A stretch of 64,000 nucleotides of DNA from Lytechinus pictus (taxonomy: Eukaryota), in assembly GCF_037042905.1 (NCBI RefSeq), contig NC_087246.1, forward strand, positions 124,001 through 188,000, in the 5' to 3' direction. The stretch's first letter is position 1, and every line of letters begins with the position of its first letter. The notes beneath the pieces are model-generated. The model searched no databases and had not been told where the DNA came from. It saw nothing but the letters and a program-made list of their open reading frames with translations. Made by a program: the position numbers and the translations under genes. This document shows, piece by piece, positions 12,661 to 25,833 of the stretch.

Positions 12661-13476
12661 AACAAGTGGAATGCCTCTGGCCGTCTCACCTGCATCACGC
12701 GATTCAATATAGCAGCAGTGCTGATTTTGAAAACTACTATAACTCGCACAAGATGTTCAGTGATACTTGGTTACTCTTATTTCCACGTTTTATGAACTAG
12801 ACCAATACACTTATAGAGATATGATGGCAATTCAACAAATACCCCCAACGTGGCCAAAGTTCTTTGACCTTACATGACCTTTGACCTTGATCATGTGACC
12901 TGAAACTCGCACAGGATGTTCAGTGATACTTGATTACTATTATATCAAAGTTTTATGAACTAGACCAACACACTTTCAAATTTATGGCTGTAATTCAACA
13001 AATACCACAATTTGGCCAAAGTTCATTGACCCTAAATGACCTTTGACCTTGATCATGTGACCTGAAACTTGCACAGGATGTTCAGTGATACTTGATTAAC
13101 CTTATGTATAAGTTTCATGAACTAGGTCCATATATTTTCTAAGTTATGATGACATTTCAAAAACTTAACCTTAGGTTAAGATTTTGATGTTGATTCCCCC
13201 AACATGGTCTAAGTTCATTGACCCTAAATGACCTTTGACCTTGGTCATGTGACATGAAACTCAGGCAGGATGTTCAGTAATACTTGATTAACCTTATGGC
13301 CAAGTTTCATGAACTAGGTCCATATACTTTCTAAGTTATGCTGTCATTTCAAAAACTTAACCTCAGGTTAAGATTTGGTGTTGACGCCGCCGTCGCCGCC
13401 GCCGCCGCCGCCGCCGCCGTCGCCGTCGGAAAAGCGGCGCCTATAGTCTCACTCTGCTATGCAGGTGAGACAAAAA
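12661..13476. mobile_element. Helentron/DINE-1-like non-autonomous element
   Basis: AACAAGTGG..GTCTCACCTGCAT start. Tandem TGACCTTTGACCTTG units, (GCC)n tract, then terminal GTCTCAC..GCAGGTGAGAC-AAAAA hairpin. Confidence 0.7.
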
Positions 13477-15479
13477 CTGAGGAATAAGATATCAGCAAAC
13501 AATAGGGGGATTACTTCCCGAAAAGGATAAGGTTGTTGATCGACGATCTATGAAAACTTTATATAAAAGAAAATCATTCTAACAAGTGGGGATAACGTTT
13601 TAACTTAAAGTAAAATAAAGACGGAGATAGAAAGGATTTATGTGATCAAGAAGTGATAAGATAGGAAAAAAAAGAAACTGATTTGACATGACTGAAAGAG
13701 AGACAGGCAAAGAAAGAAGAGCCCCCTCCCACACCCGTACCAGAGTTACGGGGTTACGGCTGTCCCGTCGGTGGATTCAGGTCCATCAACATCTTGAGGT
13801 TTGATCTTTCCAGGGGACAAACGCCTTTAACCTACCTACATGGAAAATAAAAGGGGGCCCTTGTGGGAGGAAACCCTTCCTCCTCCTTGTGACCCTCAGT
13901 CAGTCGATTGACACTTGTCTGTATGGAAAAAGAGCCTTCAAACATGAAATCCAGCAAATTCAAAAGGGAAGTGTCAATACACTTGGGTGGTTATTTTATT
14001 ATTTTAATTTTGTTTCTATTACTTTTTTATATATATTTTTTGTCATAACTATTAAATTATCCTTTCTTCTCTCCCTCCTTTGCAAAGAAAAAAAAATATA
14101 TATATATATAAGAAATAAGGAAACCCCAGCAAGACACAGGGAGATGTCTTCCTTCTTCTTTCTTAAAGTCAAAGCTTTAACAAAGATGAAACATAATCTA
14201 TCACATTGCATAATATTGACATTTTAGTAAATTATATAGTGTGGGATGCTTTGCGACCAATCATCCAAGGTTAGTTGCAAGATATTGTAGGCGGTTAGAG
14301 ATGAAAAAAGTATTATAACATAATTATATCGTGTGTACATCCAACGCGCGACTGATTAAGTTAATGAATAATAATTGCAAAAGTCTTCTCAGTGAAATAT
14401 TAATTTCATAATCATGAGACAATTAACTAACTGATAAAGAAGAGAACAAGATAGCAACTAAAATTCTGCATAGCTAGCTAGCTACCTAGATTTACCGTTT
14501 CTCAAACAATCGCTTGGTCCTTAAAACAAAGCGGACGATGGATTTTTGCATTTTGTTTCGTGCACTTTTCAGTAATGTCATTATTTCCTTAGTATCAGTT
14601 ATATTGGTTTCGACAAGTAACATAGCCTTTCTATAATGTATTTACTGTTCTCTTCTTTATTTGGTCTTCTTCCAGTCAATTTTTGAAAACAATGACATCT
14701 ATAAGTGCTTAGATGCTTAATTGATTAATGGTTATATTTCTTGGACTGTTGTATAACAACCAATATCAATCAATGCTAGATGGTGTGACTTGCTTTCTAT
14801 TGCCAAAGTAGTAAATGAATGTTCCAATGTTCTGCATTCCTATTAAACCCCCCCCCCCCACACACACACACACACACACCATCACCATCTGCTTTGTCAG
14901 GGAGGAACTTGACACCAGAAAAGAACACAATTTTTTTATATCTCTTGTATGCCTGATTGCCTGTATAAATCAGATAAATGTAATGACTACAAAAGCAGTC
15001 ATTAAACATTACTAATTCAAATGATCTTGATGGGGGGGGGGTGCCTCAGGATCTTGCCTGTTGATTGTGCACTCACTTCAGAAATCAGCAGGTATGCTGC
15101 TGCTCCTGATGTTTTTTTATTTATGATAATATGACTCTTGCATGAAATCAGCATTTGGCTCTAAATCAAGAAATAAAGACCAAATTAAAAAATTTGGATT
15201 TTGACTCCCTTTCTTAGATAAACCAATGAGAAAAACCCAAGTCATTAAAATCAATTGTGTATACATGTACATTTTAATCATTTTCTTATGCATTTCTTTG
15301 TTATTAACTTTTTGTTTTTGTTGTTTAATAAGGCTTTGGTGACAATATTTTAACCATTTAGAACTTATAATTAAAGAAAGAATAAATGACTTTGATATCA
15401 ATAATGATGGAAATTAATATCTTTATTAATAAAATATCACATGCTCTATAAATTAATTCCATTTCAGTTACTTTGATAA

Positions 15480-16035
15480 ACATGAACAGCAGCAGGAGCA
15501 ACAACAGCATCAGCAGCCGAAGGCCACAACTGCAGTAAGAGATGCAACAACCAAACTGACAACATCAAGAGCAACAGCAAAAATAACAATTGCAGCAGAA
15601 ATGCAACAACCACATTGGCAACATCAACAGCAGCAGGAGCTCCAACAACCATGCAGGGAACATCGGGCGCAACATAAATAACTTCATCAAGAGATGAAAC
15701 AACCACACTGGTAAACAGCAACAGCAGTAGCAACAATGACAGTAGAAACAAAGCCAACAGCAAGGATTCTAGCAAGCAATCATACAGGCAACAACACAAG
15801 CGGCAACATCAAAAAATGCATCAGGAGATGCAACAGCCATACTCGTAAACAACAGCAGTAGCAGCGATGACAACAGCAACCACACAGGCAACACCTTGAG
15901 CAACATCAGTAGCAACAATAACTAATTGCACCAGGAGATGCAACAATCACACCCACAACACCAATAGCAGCAGCAAAAACAACAGCAATTCCAGCAACCA
16001 CAATGACAACAGCAGCAGCAACACCAACAACATTA
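15480..16035 (+). repeat. Degenerate (CAA/CAG)n low-complexity tract
   Basis: Dense CAACAGCAG repeats with no long plus-strand ORF reported. Confidence 0.8.
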
Positions 16036-16634
16036 ATGAAATATTGAAAAACCTGTACAAAAGTTAATGAGGCCACAGTTTTCAGACATTATCGGACATT
16101 ATTGATTAAAGAATGCACAATGATTTATTCGGGTTGAAGAAAATTATGTTTGAAAAATGTGTACATTTGAAGATGTTTCTTAAGTATCGATAAATATTTA
16201 TGAAAATATAGATATTTAAAGATAAAAATACGATTCTTGAAATGTTTACTTTTTATTTGTCATTGACTAAAAATAAATACATTTTCTTTGAATTTTCTTA
16301 ATGAAATGAAAAATAGGCAATTTATTAAAATGTTATATTCAAAATCACTGAAATTGATCGATTTTAGCTGCGAAGGCCCTAAAAGGCTGATTAGTCGGTG
16401 AAAATGAGTTTGGTCGGTAGGTGAAGGCCACCGACAAAATTAGTCGGTGGTTTCCAATAATTTGTCGGAGAAAATCACCGACAAATTTTCATGAAATGAA
16501 ATTTAGTCGGTGATGTCAAAGTTGTCGGTGAAAATGAAATTAATCGGTGAAAATCACAATTGGTCAGAGAAAACCACCGACTAATTGTTTGATGAAACCC
16601 CCCCCCCCTGGACTTATTTATAACCAGAGTGCAC

Positions 16635-17300
16635 TTTACTCCCCCTCCTACTTCTCTTTCTTCTCAGTCTTCTTTTTTTATTCCTATTATTGTGTCGTCT
16701 TATTCTTCTTCTCCTTCTCCCTGTTCTTCGACTTTTCAATTTTTACCTTTTCTTCTACTTCTCCATTACTTCCCTTTCTCCTCCTTTTTCATCTCCCTCC
16801 TCCCCCTTCTCACCCCCTTCCTTTTCTCTTTCTTCTCAATCTTCCCCCTTATTTTATCCTTCTCTTTCTCTTATTCTTTAACATCCTCCCCTCAATTTTC
16901 TCTTCTCAGATTCATTTTTACTCCCCTTATATCCTCCATCTTCTTTTTTTTTCTACTTCTCCTTCCTTCTTGCTTTTCTTCTTCAGCACTTTTTTCCTCC
17001 TCCATTTTTACGTTAGTGTAGAATAATTCACAAAGAAAGGGAGAAGCAATATAAATAATATTATGAAATTGTAGCACCTCACTATGCTCTATAAAGGATA
17101 CCACAGACTTCAGGAGAAATCCTCCAAAGCAAAATCGAGAGTAGCGTTTGCTCCTTTTTCTTCTTTCTTCATTCCTTTTCTCCTTTCTTTCTTTCTTTCT
17201 TTCTTTAATTCTTTCTCCTTTCTTTCTTTCGTTCTTTTTTCTTTATTTCTTTCCCTTTTCTCCCTCTCTCCCTTTCTTTTTTCCCTATCTCTTTTTTTTC
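16635..17300. repeat. CT-rich low-complexity tracts
   Basis: Polypyrimidine composition; it produces spurious F/L/S-rich ORFs. Confidence 0.85.
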
Positions 17301-17511
17301 AGGGTGAGCCCCCCCCCCACTCTCGCCGCCTATGGCTCTAAGGTTTAATTTGGCGAGCAATGGCTTAATTTACGTGTAGGAATCATTTCACCTCATTAAA
17401 TAGTGAATGTTTCCAGATCGTTTCGTGTTCCAGCAACAGTATTATGATCACAAAACAGCAGATGAAATTTATGCAGATCTTCCACCTATCTCCACCATGG
17501 TAATTAAACGC

Positions 17512-17936
17512 AGACCTGCCAACCTCTGGGAATGAAAAATTGTATTCTGTGATAAAAAAAACTGTATTTTTCCAAAGAAAACTGTATTTCATAATAAAAT
17601 GCGTGGTGCGCACGCTCATCGCGGCGCTCATGCTGCTTGCAAGCTAAAATGCTCACTGCTCTTGCAGATGAAAATAAAACATTGAAAAATGTGCATATCT
17701 CACCCTGGTTTTAACAAAATGATTGAAAAAAAAAACAAGTTACCAGAAATTACATTGATCCAATAACCAAATTTGTGTAAGTTTCATGAAACAGAGATAT
17801 ATAGAGATGATTTTTCTCAATAAATTATGATTTTGTAAAAAAATATATATATTTTTTTTTTACAAAATCATATTTTTAAAAGAAAAAACATACTGTCGTA
17901 TTTTGGTTGCAAAAACGTACTGGTTGGCAGCTCTGT
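17512..17936. mobile_element. hAT-like MITE
   Basis: TIRs CAGACCTGCCAACC / GGTTGGCAGCTCTG. TSD not clear. Confidence 0.55.
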
Positions 17937-18769
17937 TAACAAAGTATGAGATTTGCTGGTCACTGTTTCCGTAGTGAGAAGGAAGTTATTTCTGATGTAC
18001 TTTTGTTGCACCTCCCTCATAAACGACTTTTAATGCACACCGGCTAATTTTTCTGATGTTTTTTCCTAGTTTTGGGGCATTATTTCGAAGTTTTGAGGAA
18101 CGGCTTCATTGCGGCTAGATTTGTGAGTATGTATAGATTCTTTTGTTACATTTTTTTTCAATTTTATTCATTAAAAAGAAAACACAGCTAGGTTTAATAT
18201 CTGAATAAAATTGTGATTGAGATAATTTATAAAACATGTATTCTTGACAATCGATTGATATATATTACTAAAATATAACTAGAATAAAGTAATCAAATCT
18301 ACTGCAGAGTTCATTTTATTGATCATTTGATTATTTTCCTTGGAATTCCGGGACTTTCCTCAACCTCGCCGACGAACACTGTCCCTGGGCCGAGAGTGCC
18401 CGCAGTCAGTGTATACAGGCGCACTTTGCACAGTCATAGCTGCACAGCTCAGAATACGTATAGACAGCTCTCGAAAATGAAATAAAATTGCACTTGTCTT
18501 CATGAAATCTGTGGTAATTCTTGTGTAAATGTAGCTAAGCACATCTATTTCTGCCACCTATATAATCAAGAAGAAAAGTGATGTTAGACTCTGCAAAATG
18601 TTGGCTGCGGCGCGGGCATCGATCGTATTTTGATGCGCTATGGAAATCGTACACTATATTGTCGGCTGCTAGTATTACTAGCGTTCGCATGGTCGCATCC
18701 GGACAATAGCGGCGCTATTGCTCCCTGTTCGATCCCATGATCCTTTGCTTAAATCTATTTGCGATAATG

Positions 18770-19216
18770 CCGGGGGAGGAGGGGCCAGTCAAATGTATTG
18801 CTGTACACACATGTGGCCAAATTATTTCCAAACACCCCCTGAACGAGTTTTTCTCTGTGTGCAAAATAACCCCCTTAACAAGTTTTTTGCACACTTTATT
18901 TACACATTTTGTCCCCTAAACACGTTTTTCGCCAGAATATGACCCCGGGGAAAAAATATACCCCAAACACGTTTGGCTAGTCTTAAAAAAAAAGCTTTGG
19001 AAAAAACCATACCCTAAATACGTTTGATCCTGCGATTGACCATTGACCAGTCTTTCAACACTACCCCTTTTTTTTTAACGGCGTTTTGATACCCTTAATA
19101 ACGAGTCCACGCGCAGCCCGCGTCCAAAACTGGAAAAAAAAACACCCCTTTAAACACGTTTTTTGGTCACGCGTGTCTACAGCAATAATATATTTGACTG
19201 CCCCCCCCCCCCCGGG
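18770..19216. mobile_element. MITE with (C)CCGGGGG termini and 8-bp TSD
   Basis: TIR CCGGGGG..CAGTCAAAT.TATTGCTGTA. Flanks CGATAATG / TGATAATG (one CpG-type change). Confidence 0.8.
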
Positions 19217-20368
19217 TGATAATGGCTAGACCCCTCTATCAGTAGAGGCACACCGCCAATATGGGAGACAATCTCCCATATTGGAGACTTGCTTTGCAAA
19301 AGAACAAAAGAAACAATACACCAACAAAAGCGTAATTTTTTCCACCCAAAATTTTGTCTCACCGAGGTCAGAAGCCCATTTGTTTTGTGTGTGGATGACA
19401 ACAAAAATCCTTTTCAAAACAATGAAGTAGACAGTGAATTTTTAAAGTAGACGGTGAAAAGAGGTTATTTTTCATGAGGAATCTGCTTATCACACTTTTA
19501 TTTGCCGCCAAGGTAATCCTTTTGCAGCAAATGTAAACAAAGGAAATTGGTCTCCCAAACTTTGCCACCGGCCAAAGTGGAGACTGTCTCTGCAATTGGA
19601 TACTCAAATTCTTTACAAAAGTCTCTGATATTATAATCTCTCTCATGGGAGACAGTCTCCCATATTGGCCGTGCGCCTCTACCCTGATAGCAGACACGGT
19701 CGTAATGACGTCATTAACTGATCGTAAAGTGGTAATACTCGTCATGTCGTCGTATTTATGACGTTCTTACGACGTCATTTTGACGACTTAGAATGGCAAC
19801 TTTCATTTGCATTTTTATTTGACCAGATTATGACGTGATTTCGACGTCATTTACTGACCAATTTACGACAAGTAAATTTGCTCGCTTATATGACCAGATT
19901 ATGACGTGATTACGACGTCATTTACTGACCAATTTACGACAAGTAAATTAGCTTTCTTATATGACCAGATTATTACGTGATTACGACGTCATTTATCGAC
20001 CAATCTGCAACAAATGAATTTGCATTTTTATATGACCACATTATGACGTGATTATGACATCATTTATTTACCAAACAACGACAAAGAAATTTGCGTTTTC
20101 ATATGACCACATTACGACGTGATTATGACATCAAATTTTACCAATCAACGACGAGGAAATTTACAAGTTTAATTTCAAAGCCACATACTATTTTGCCATT
20201 TTTTCAACCTTGCCATGTTAGCAAGGCTATTTCTACTTATAAAAGGAAAAGTAAAACTAAAAAAAAATAGTACAGAATTTTTTTTATTTTAGGTAAAGTA
20301 TATAATTCTTCAAAGAAAAAAAGTTTCAAAAGCAGTGGCAAAAATAATCATTTCTTAACTGCTTGGTT

Positions 20369-21932
20369 CCCAGGACCAAAATCCAATTGAAACCAGTTGG
20401 ATTTCCAACTGGTTTCAATTGGTTTCAATTGGTTTAATATTAACTGGTTTCAATTGGTTTTAACTGGAATTTAACAATTTCCAGTTGAAACCAATTGAAA
20501 CCAGTTGGGCAACTGGAAATCCTAACTGGAACCAGTTGGGTAACTGGAAATGACTTCCAATTGGAAATGATTTCTAACTGGAACCAGTTGAGTAACTGGA
20601 AATCCCAACTGGAACCAGTTGGGCAACTGGAAATCCTAACTGGAACCAGTTGGGTAACTGGAAATGACTTCCAATTGGAAATGATTTCTTACTGGAACCA
20701 GTTGAGTAACTGGAAATCCCAACTGGAACCAGTTGGGCAACTGGAAATCCCAACTGGAACCAGTTGGGTAACTGGAAATGACTTCCAATTGGAAATAATT
20801 TCTAACTGGAACCAGTTGAGTAACTGGAAATCCCAACTGGAACCAGTTGGGCAACTGGAAATCCTAACTGGAACAAGTTGGGTAACTGGAAATGACTTCC
20901 AACTGGAAATGATTTCTAACTGGAACCAGTTGGGTAACTGGAAATCCTAACTTGAACCATTCAGTTGTGTAACTGGAAATCCTAACTGGTACCAATTGGG
21001 TAACTGGAGATGACTTCTAACTGGAAAGATGGGTAACTGGAAATGAATTCCAATTGGAACCAGTTGGGTAACTGGAAATTATTTCCAATTGGTTTCCAAT
21101 TGGAAATTTTCCAGTTACCCAACTGGATCCAATTGAAACCAGTTAATTTGCATATTATTTGCCAGTGTGCACAGATTAATGTTTTATGAGATTAATCATC
21201 ATTAACAATGTATCTATTTAATTCTTTACAATTTCAAGTACCATACTTTTTAAAGATAAGTATTTAGAATACTTAGCAGTGAAAACCATGTTCATAAATG
21301 TTATAGATTATAATTAAAACAGATTAAAGGATAATTAGTACACCACTAACTGTTAACAAATTACATCAAATAAAAGTACATATATTTGAAGATCTTCCAT
21401 ATAAATAAATACACATGAAAGTCTGTATTTTATCAATGCCCTTTACATTGGTATTAATAGACATATAACACTGCTTCTGTGTTGGCATGAGAAATAGTTA
21501 GTGCAAATGCTAATTAATTTGTAACTAATTAAGTTCGTTCCAACTGGAAGTTCCAATTGGATCCAGTTGGAAACCAATTGGTTTCAACTGGTTTCAGTTG
21601 AAACCAGTTGCCTCCAATTGGTTTCAACTGGAACCAATTGAAACCAGTTGCCTCCAATTGGATTCAATTGATTTTAATAGGGAAATTGGAACAACTGGAA
21701 CCAATTGACAACAATTGCCAACTGGTTCCAGTTGCCCAATTGGTTTTAACTGGAACCAATTGGCAACTGGTTTTCAATTGGAACCAATTGGTTTTTAACT
21801 GGTAAACTGGAACCAATTGGCAACTGGTTTTCAATTGGAACCAGTTGTTCCAATTTCCCCATTGAAACCAGTTGGCCAACTGGTTTCAATTGGTTTTGCC
21901 TTAATTGGTTTTAACTGGATTTTGGTCCTGGG
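20369..21932. mobile_element. Nested EnSpm-like non-autonomous element with AACTGGAACCAGTTGG repeats
   Basis: TIR CCCAGGACCAAAATCCA, TT TSD, 114-bp tandem unit x~4 (20500-20950). The empty site is present in copy 2 near 45110. Confidence 0.9.
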
Positions 21933-22384
21933 TTGCCAACCAAACCAAACAATTAAGAGGAAGCTTTATATGTCAAAGAAGTTTGTATCTATTTTAAAAC
22001 TTTTTTTTCGCAAGTGGTGTCATGCCCCGGTGTCATGCAAACCCCCTATCTAGTTAGCTCACCCCCCCCCCCCCTGCACGCCCCCCGGGCTCACCCCCTA
22101 TAAAAAATTCATGATCCGCAGAATTAATTCGCCGCCGGGCGTCGAGCCTGCGCATGCGCGCTGCACTGCATGCAACTTAACTGGCGCAGTCGAGTCGCAA
22201 CCATTTAATTTGAAAAAGGAATGCGCCCGTTTTTCGCCGTTAAATGTTGCAGCCTAATTTTGGATCGAGAATTAAGTGCGACGAAGATGGCCGTTAATAA
22301 TAGTTCTACTACTTTAAGAACACGGTTCAGATTTGGATAACGACTTCGAAGGCATTCGCAGGAGACCAAACAGTAAGTTAGAAT

Positions 22385-22600
22385 GGGGAGGCGCGATAGC
22401 TCAGTCGGTAGAGCGGGGGTTTCGGATTCCGGTGACCCGGGTTCGATTCCCAAGTGGTGCGCTAGTGCCCTTTGGTAAGGCATTTATCCTCATTACCAGG
22501 TCCCTCGGAGAGGACCTTAAGCCGTTGGTCCACTGGTTGCTTGCTCACAGGCATTCGTGCTTTCTTAGCAGTCAGGTAAAACAACCTCGGTATAACAACA
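22385..22600 (+). mobile_element. tRNA-derived SINE
   Basis: Pol III box A TAGCTCAGTCGG and box B GGTTCGATTCC, then a ~140-bp non-tRNA body and an AAC-rich tail. Absent at the homologous site near 44660. Confidence 0.9.
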
Positions 22601-23189
22601 TAACCATCTTCTAAGATTTTCTTTTCGGAGCGCGGCTTGCCTTTGGCTTTAGATTTCGTGCACTGACACTGCCCGGCCGGGGTGGCTGCCCCGAGCGCCG
22701 GCATGCTGAATAGGACAGGCTGCGCTGGTGGGCTCAGCCTCATGCAGGGCGCGGCCCAAGTCTGCACGCGCACAGACACAGTGCACACTTTAAGGTAATT
22801 GCCAGTTGTGGTAACGATATCAAAATGAGTTCGTACAGAATCCAATGAAATGACCACCAAAGTGTCTGTCTATATTTATAAATAATATACCGTATGTGCC
22901 ATTTGATTCTGGAAGAAATTGTGTAATTGCTGCGAAATAAGCAAAAAAAGCACAGGATTCGGGTCAACTCGAGCCAAGGCAAGCGTCGGGCCGACATTAA
23001 TCAGAGCAATAATAACTGTCCCACGTGCTCTTATCTGTGTTGGTGATCTTCAGTTTGAACATTTTTCAGCGTAGATTTCAAGATTTCACAAAGTTCAGTT
23101 TATGTAACTGTACCACTACCAGATCTACATGTACTATGTAGATCCTCGATGATATACCGTAGTCCGTACTGACAATTTTTTAAATCCTA

Positions 23190-23753
23190 AATCTACCGGG
23201 GTATTTTGATTCTTGTCATTCCCGGGGGGGGGGGGGGTATTATTGCCCCCCCTTATAAGATCTCGGCCGTGGATTGCACGATCACAACGAAAATTTGCAT
23301 GATGGTAGAGAATGACGTAATCTACGTAGTTGCATTGGACAATGATTGGTAAATTTCACTGAATAACTGAATTCATATTTTTTTATTTTTTTTATTGTAT
23401 TTTCGATGGAAATCGTTCTAGACTTAATTCTAATCATAAACAAGGCAAAATTAATTAAGTTTAATCAGTAAAAGTAGAAATAATGATAAATTTATGAATT
23501 TTGGCTAAATACACAATTTGCATTGGATTTGTACATGAAATCATGTTTATGAGCAATTTTGGGTCTGACATGCACTTACATAATGTTGCGTAATGTCGTA
23601 ACCGCGTACCCGGGCGTCACAAATTTGGTCTCAAAATTTGCACGAGACTTGAAAGTAAAAAGTCAGTGAGCGGCGCGATCAAAATTTTTTGCGCGACAGC
23701 GTAGTGATGAAATTTGTTGGGGGGGGGGGTCCCCCCCCCCAGTTTAATAAGGG
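23190..23753. mobile_element. Internally deleted piggyBac-like MITE (family of 61360-62123)
   Basis: Reverse-complement similarity to 61360-62123; ends AAGGG-TTAA. The counterpart at ~43231-44090 is longer. Confidence 0.75.
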
Positions 23754-23874
23754 TTAAGGCCGTCACATGAAATGCCCTATATTCATTATTTTTCTACAAA
23801 AAGCACCATTTTGAGTAAGATTTTTAATGAATAGATCTGTTTGACATTTCAGGAGAAAGAGAGAGAGACACAAA

Positions 23875-24045
23875 ACCACCTGTCTCGGTGTCACACATGA
23901 GGAGTTGAGGAGGAGATGAAGTCAGTGAATATTACCTGGCCTGGGGGAGTTTCCAGAAGAAGGCCCAGAATCGCTGGATGCCAGGAGTGGAGATCCTTCG
24001 TTGTTGCCCTACATGATAGGAGGCATCGGGCAGTAGGTAAGTTAG
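23875..24045 (+). mobile_element. 3' fragment of an RTE-like LINE
   Basis: Degenerate EEEMKSVNITW..QEWRSFVVALH C-terminus and a GTAGGTAAGT tail. Inverted copy at ~42940-43110. Confidence 0.6.
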
Positions 24046-25419
24046 AAGGCTATTTCAGATGTAAAGCCTTTTTTTTGGGGGGGGGGGATCATTGGGAATC
24101 TCTATTATCAGAATCACGCAGATTTGGGTGTGCACAAACTCGGGGCACCTTATAATCTGTTAATGGTCCTGACTGTACTTCGAGGACTCTGTGATATTTT
24201 TTCATTGTATTTTCATTCACGGAGCCTAGACAAGTCTCTGTTGCCTGTAGAACTTTGTACACTAAGATGGATTTCCCTAGAAAATCCACCCTTCCCACAA
24301 TAATTTTGGGGCAAACATTTAATTTGTCCAATTTGTAAGCTTTAGTACTCTAAATGCATACAAAGGCTTAAAAAATGTTAATTGTTGGAAGGTAAAAATT
24401 TTGAAGGATCACTTTCTTACAATTCCCACGCTATGAAACGCAATGACATGAACTTTAACTCGAGTGACGTACGTATGCAAGAAATACAGAATTGGTGCAC
24501 ATGCATAGCTGATTGATTCATTGTGCTAGTACTGGTACTAGATCGGTTTGGATGTTCTAATTTCAATGACAAGTTTAGATGGTAAATTGGCGCTAATAAA
24601 ATTTTGCATTGGTCGATTTCGCGATGCCAGAAAACTAATTCCACCTCAAAATTTGTCAGATTTTTTTTTGCAAAATATATATTTAATTGATCCTTGACCT
24701 GAATTTAAGCCAAATCAGGCATAGGGAATGGCTGTATTTCAGCCTCGAAGTTCGAATTCTCGGTCCTGACAGTCCTGGTTACCCCATAACCATTTAAAAC
24801 ACATAAAAAAGGCATGAATTAAAATTGTAATTATAAAAAAATAATATGTTTTATGTGTCAAATAAATTGATTCTAAAATTTCCTTCCTTATACAGAGATG
24901 GTTAAAGGTCTTGAGGGCATCATGCCCCCCCCCCCCGACTTGACTTAACATGTTAATATTTGAAGTATAAAATATGTAACAAACCCCACATCGTTTTTTA
25001 ATCATTTAAAATAAATTGGAAATTAATATTGAAACCATCTAGTTTTTAATGAAGATTAATAAATAGTTTATGTAGAAAAAGTTTTTATGTTTCTCCTCTT
25101 CTGTTATTTTTGCAGATGCTGTAATTTGAAACGGAAGGTGTCCTGCCAATAAATTTTCATCCCACCTGAACTGCCTTGCCTGCCTGCACCCAGTCATCTG
25201 TTCCTGAGCATTTTCATTTTCCTCTATTTTTCATCATCGTTTGTTTCGGCCTGTATGAAGTGAATTTCACATTGATTGGTGGAGCTGCTAAGTTGGCATT
25301 ACAGGGCCACGCCGGGGTATGACCCTTTGGGTTGAACATCATGACTGCTAGTTGGTCGGCAAAGGTGATGGGATCGATCAATGTCACATGGAGTAAGATC
25401 GATACCAATCTGCTTTGCT

Positions 25420-25833
25420 ACATTTCGAACAATCTCATACGGATACGGATATTATTGCGACAGGAGTACTGCTCGATGTGGTCAAGCCTATTTGACAAAG
25501 AAGCATTATGGTGTTAGTCATGTTATCAGAAACCGATTTTTCAAAATCACGGAGTTGCTTCAATTTAGTATCGATAGATATTTCAAGAACGTGTAGACTA
25601 GTGAGCTTTTCATCAAGAATTTCACGCAATTTATTTTCGCGCTTATCCATGTCATCATTGAGTTTTTGTCTCTCGCGTTCCATTGCCACGGCCACCGCTC
25701 TTTGAACGACTGTATCAATATGATCTAGGAATGCTGGGCTTTGTTTAGATCCAGTTAATGATGAAGCAGAGGATTGTGTACATGCGTTAGCCGAGTGCAA
25801 GCGGCCTCTTGATCTGGTGGATATCTTAGACAT
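25420..25833 (-). pseudogene. Frameshifted LINE ORF1-like fragment (coiled coil + start of RRM)
   Basis: Coiled-coil segment followed, in a shifted frame, by LSNRLDHIEQYSCRNNIRIR, matching the LEQYSRRNNIRIxG signature of LINE ORF1 proteins. Confidence 0.7.

Noticed and set aside
19700..20150. GACGTC-rich repeat arrays (also 28000-28570, 38380-38950, 45320-45780) as a CRISPR-like array
   Set aside because: The units are degenerate, have no unique spacers and abut TIRs. These are transposon subterminal repeats in eukaryotic DNA.
20495..20950. 151-aa ORF of 38-aa repeats
   Set aside because: By-product of a 114-bp tandem repeat inside a TIR element; non-ATG start.
22385..22465. tRNA gene
   Set aside because: It has A and B boxes but no proper acceptor stem or T-run terminator, continues into a SINE body, and is absent from the paralogous site.
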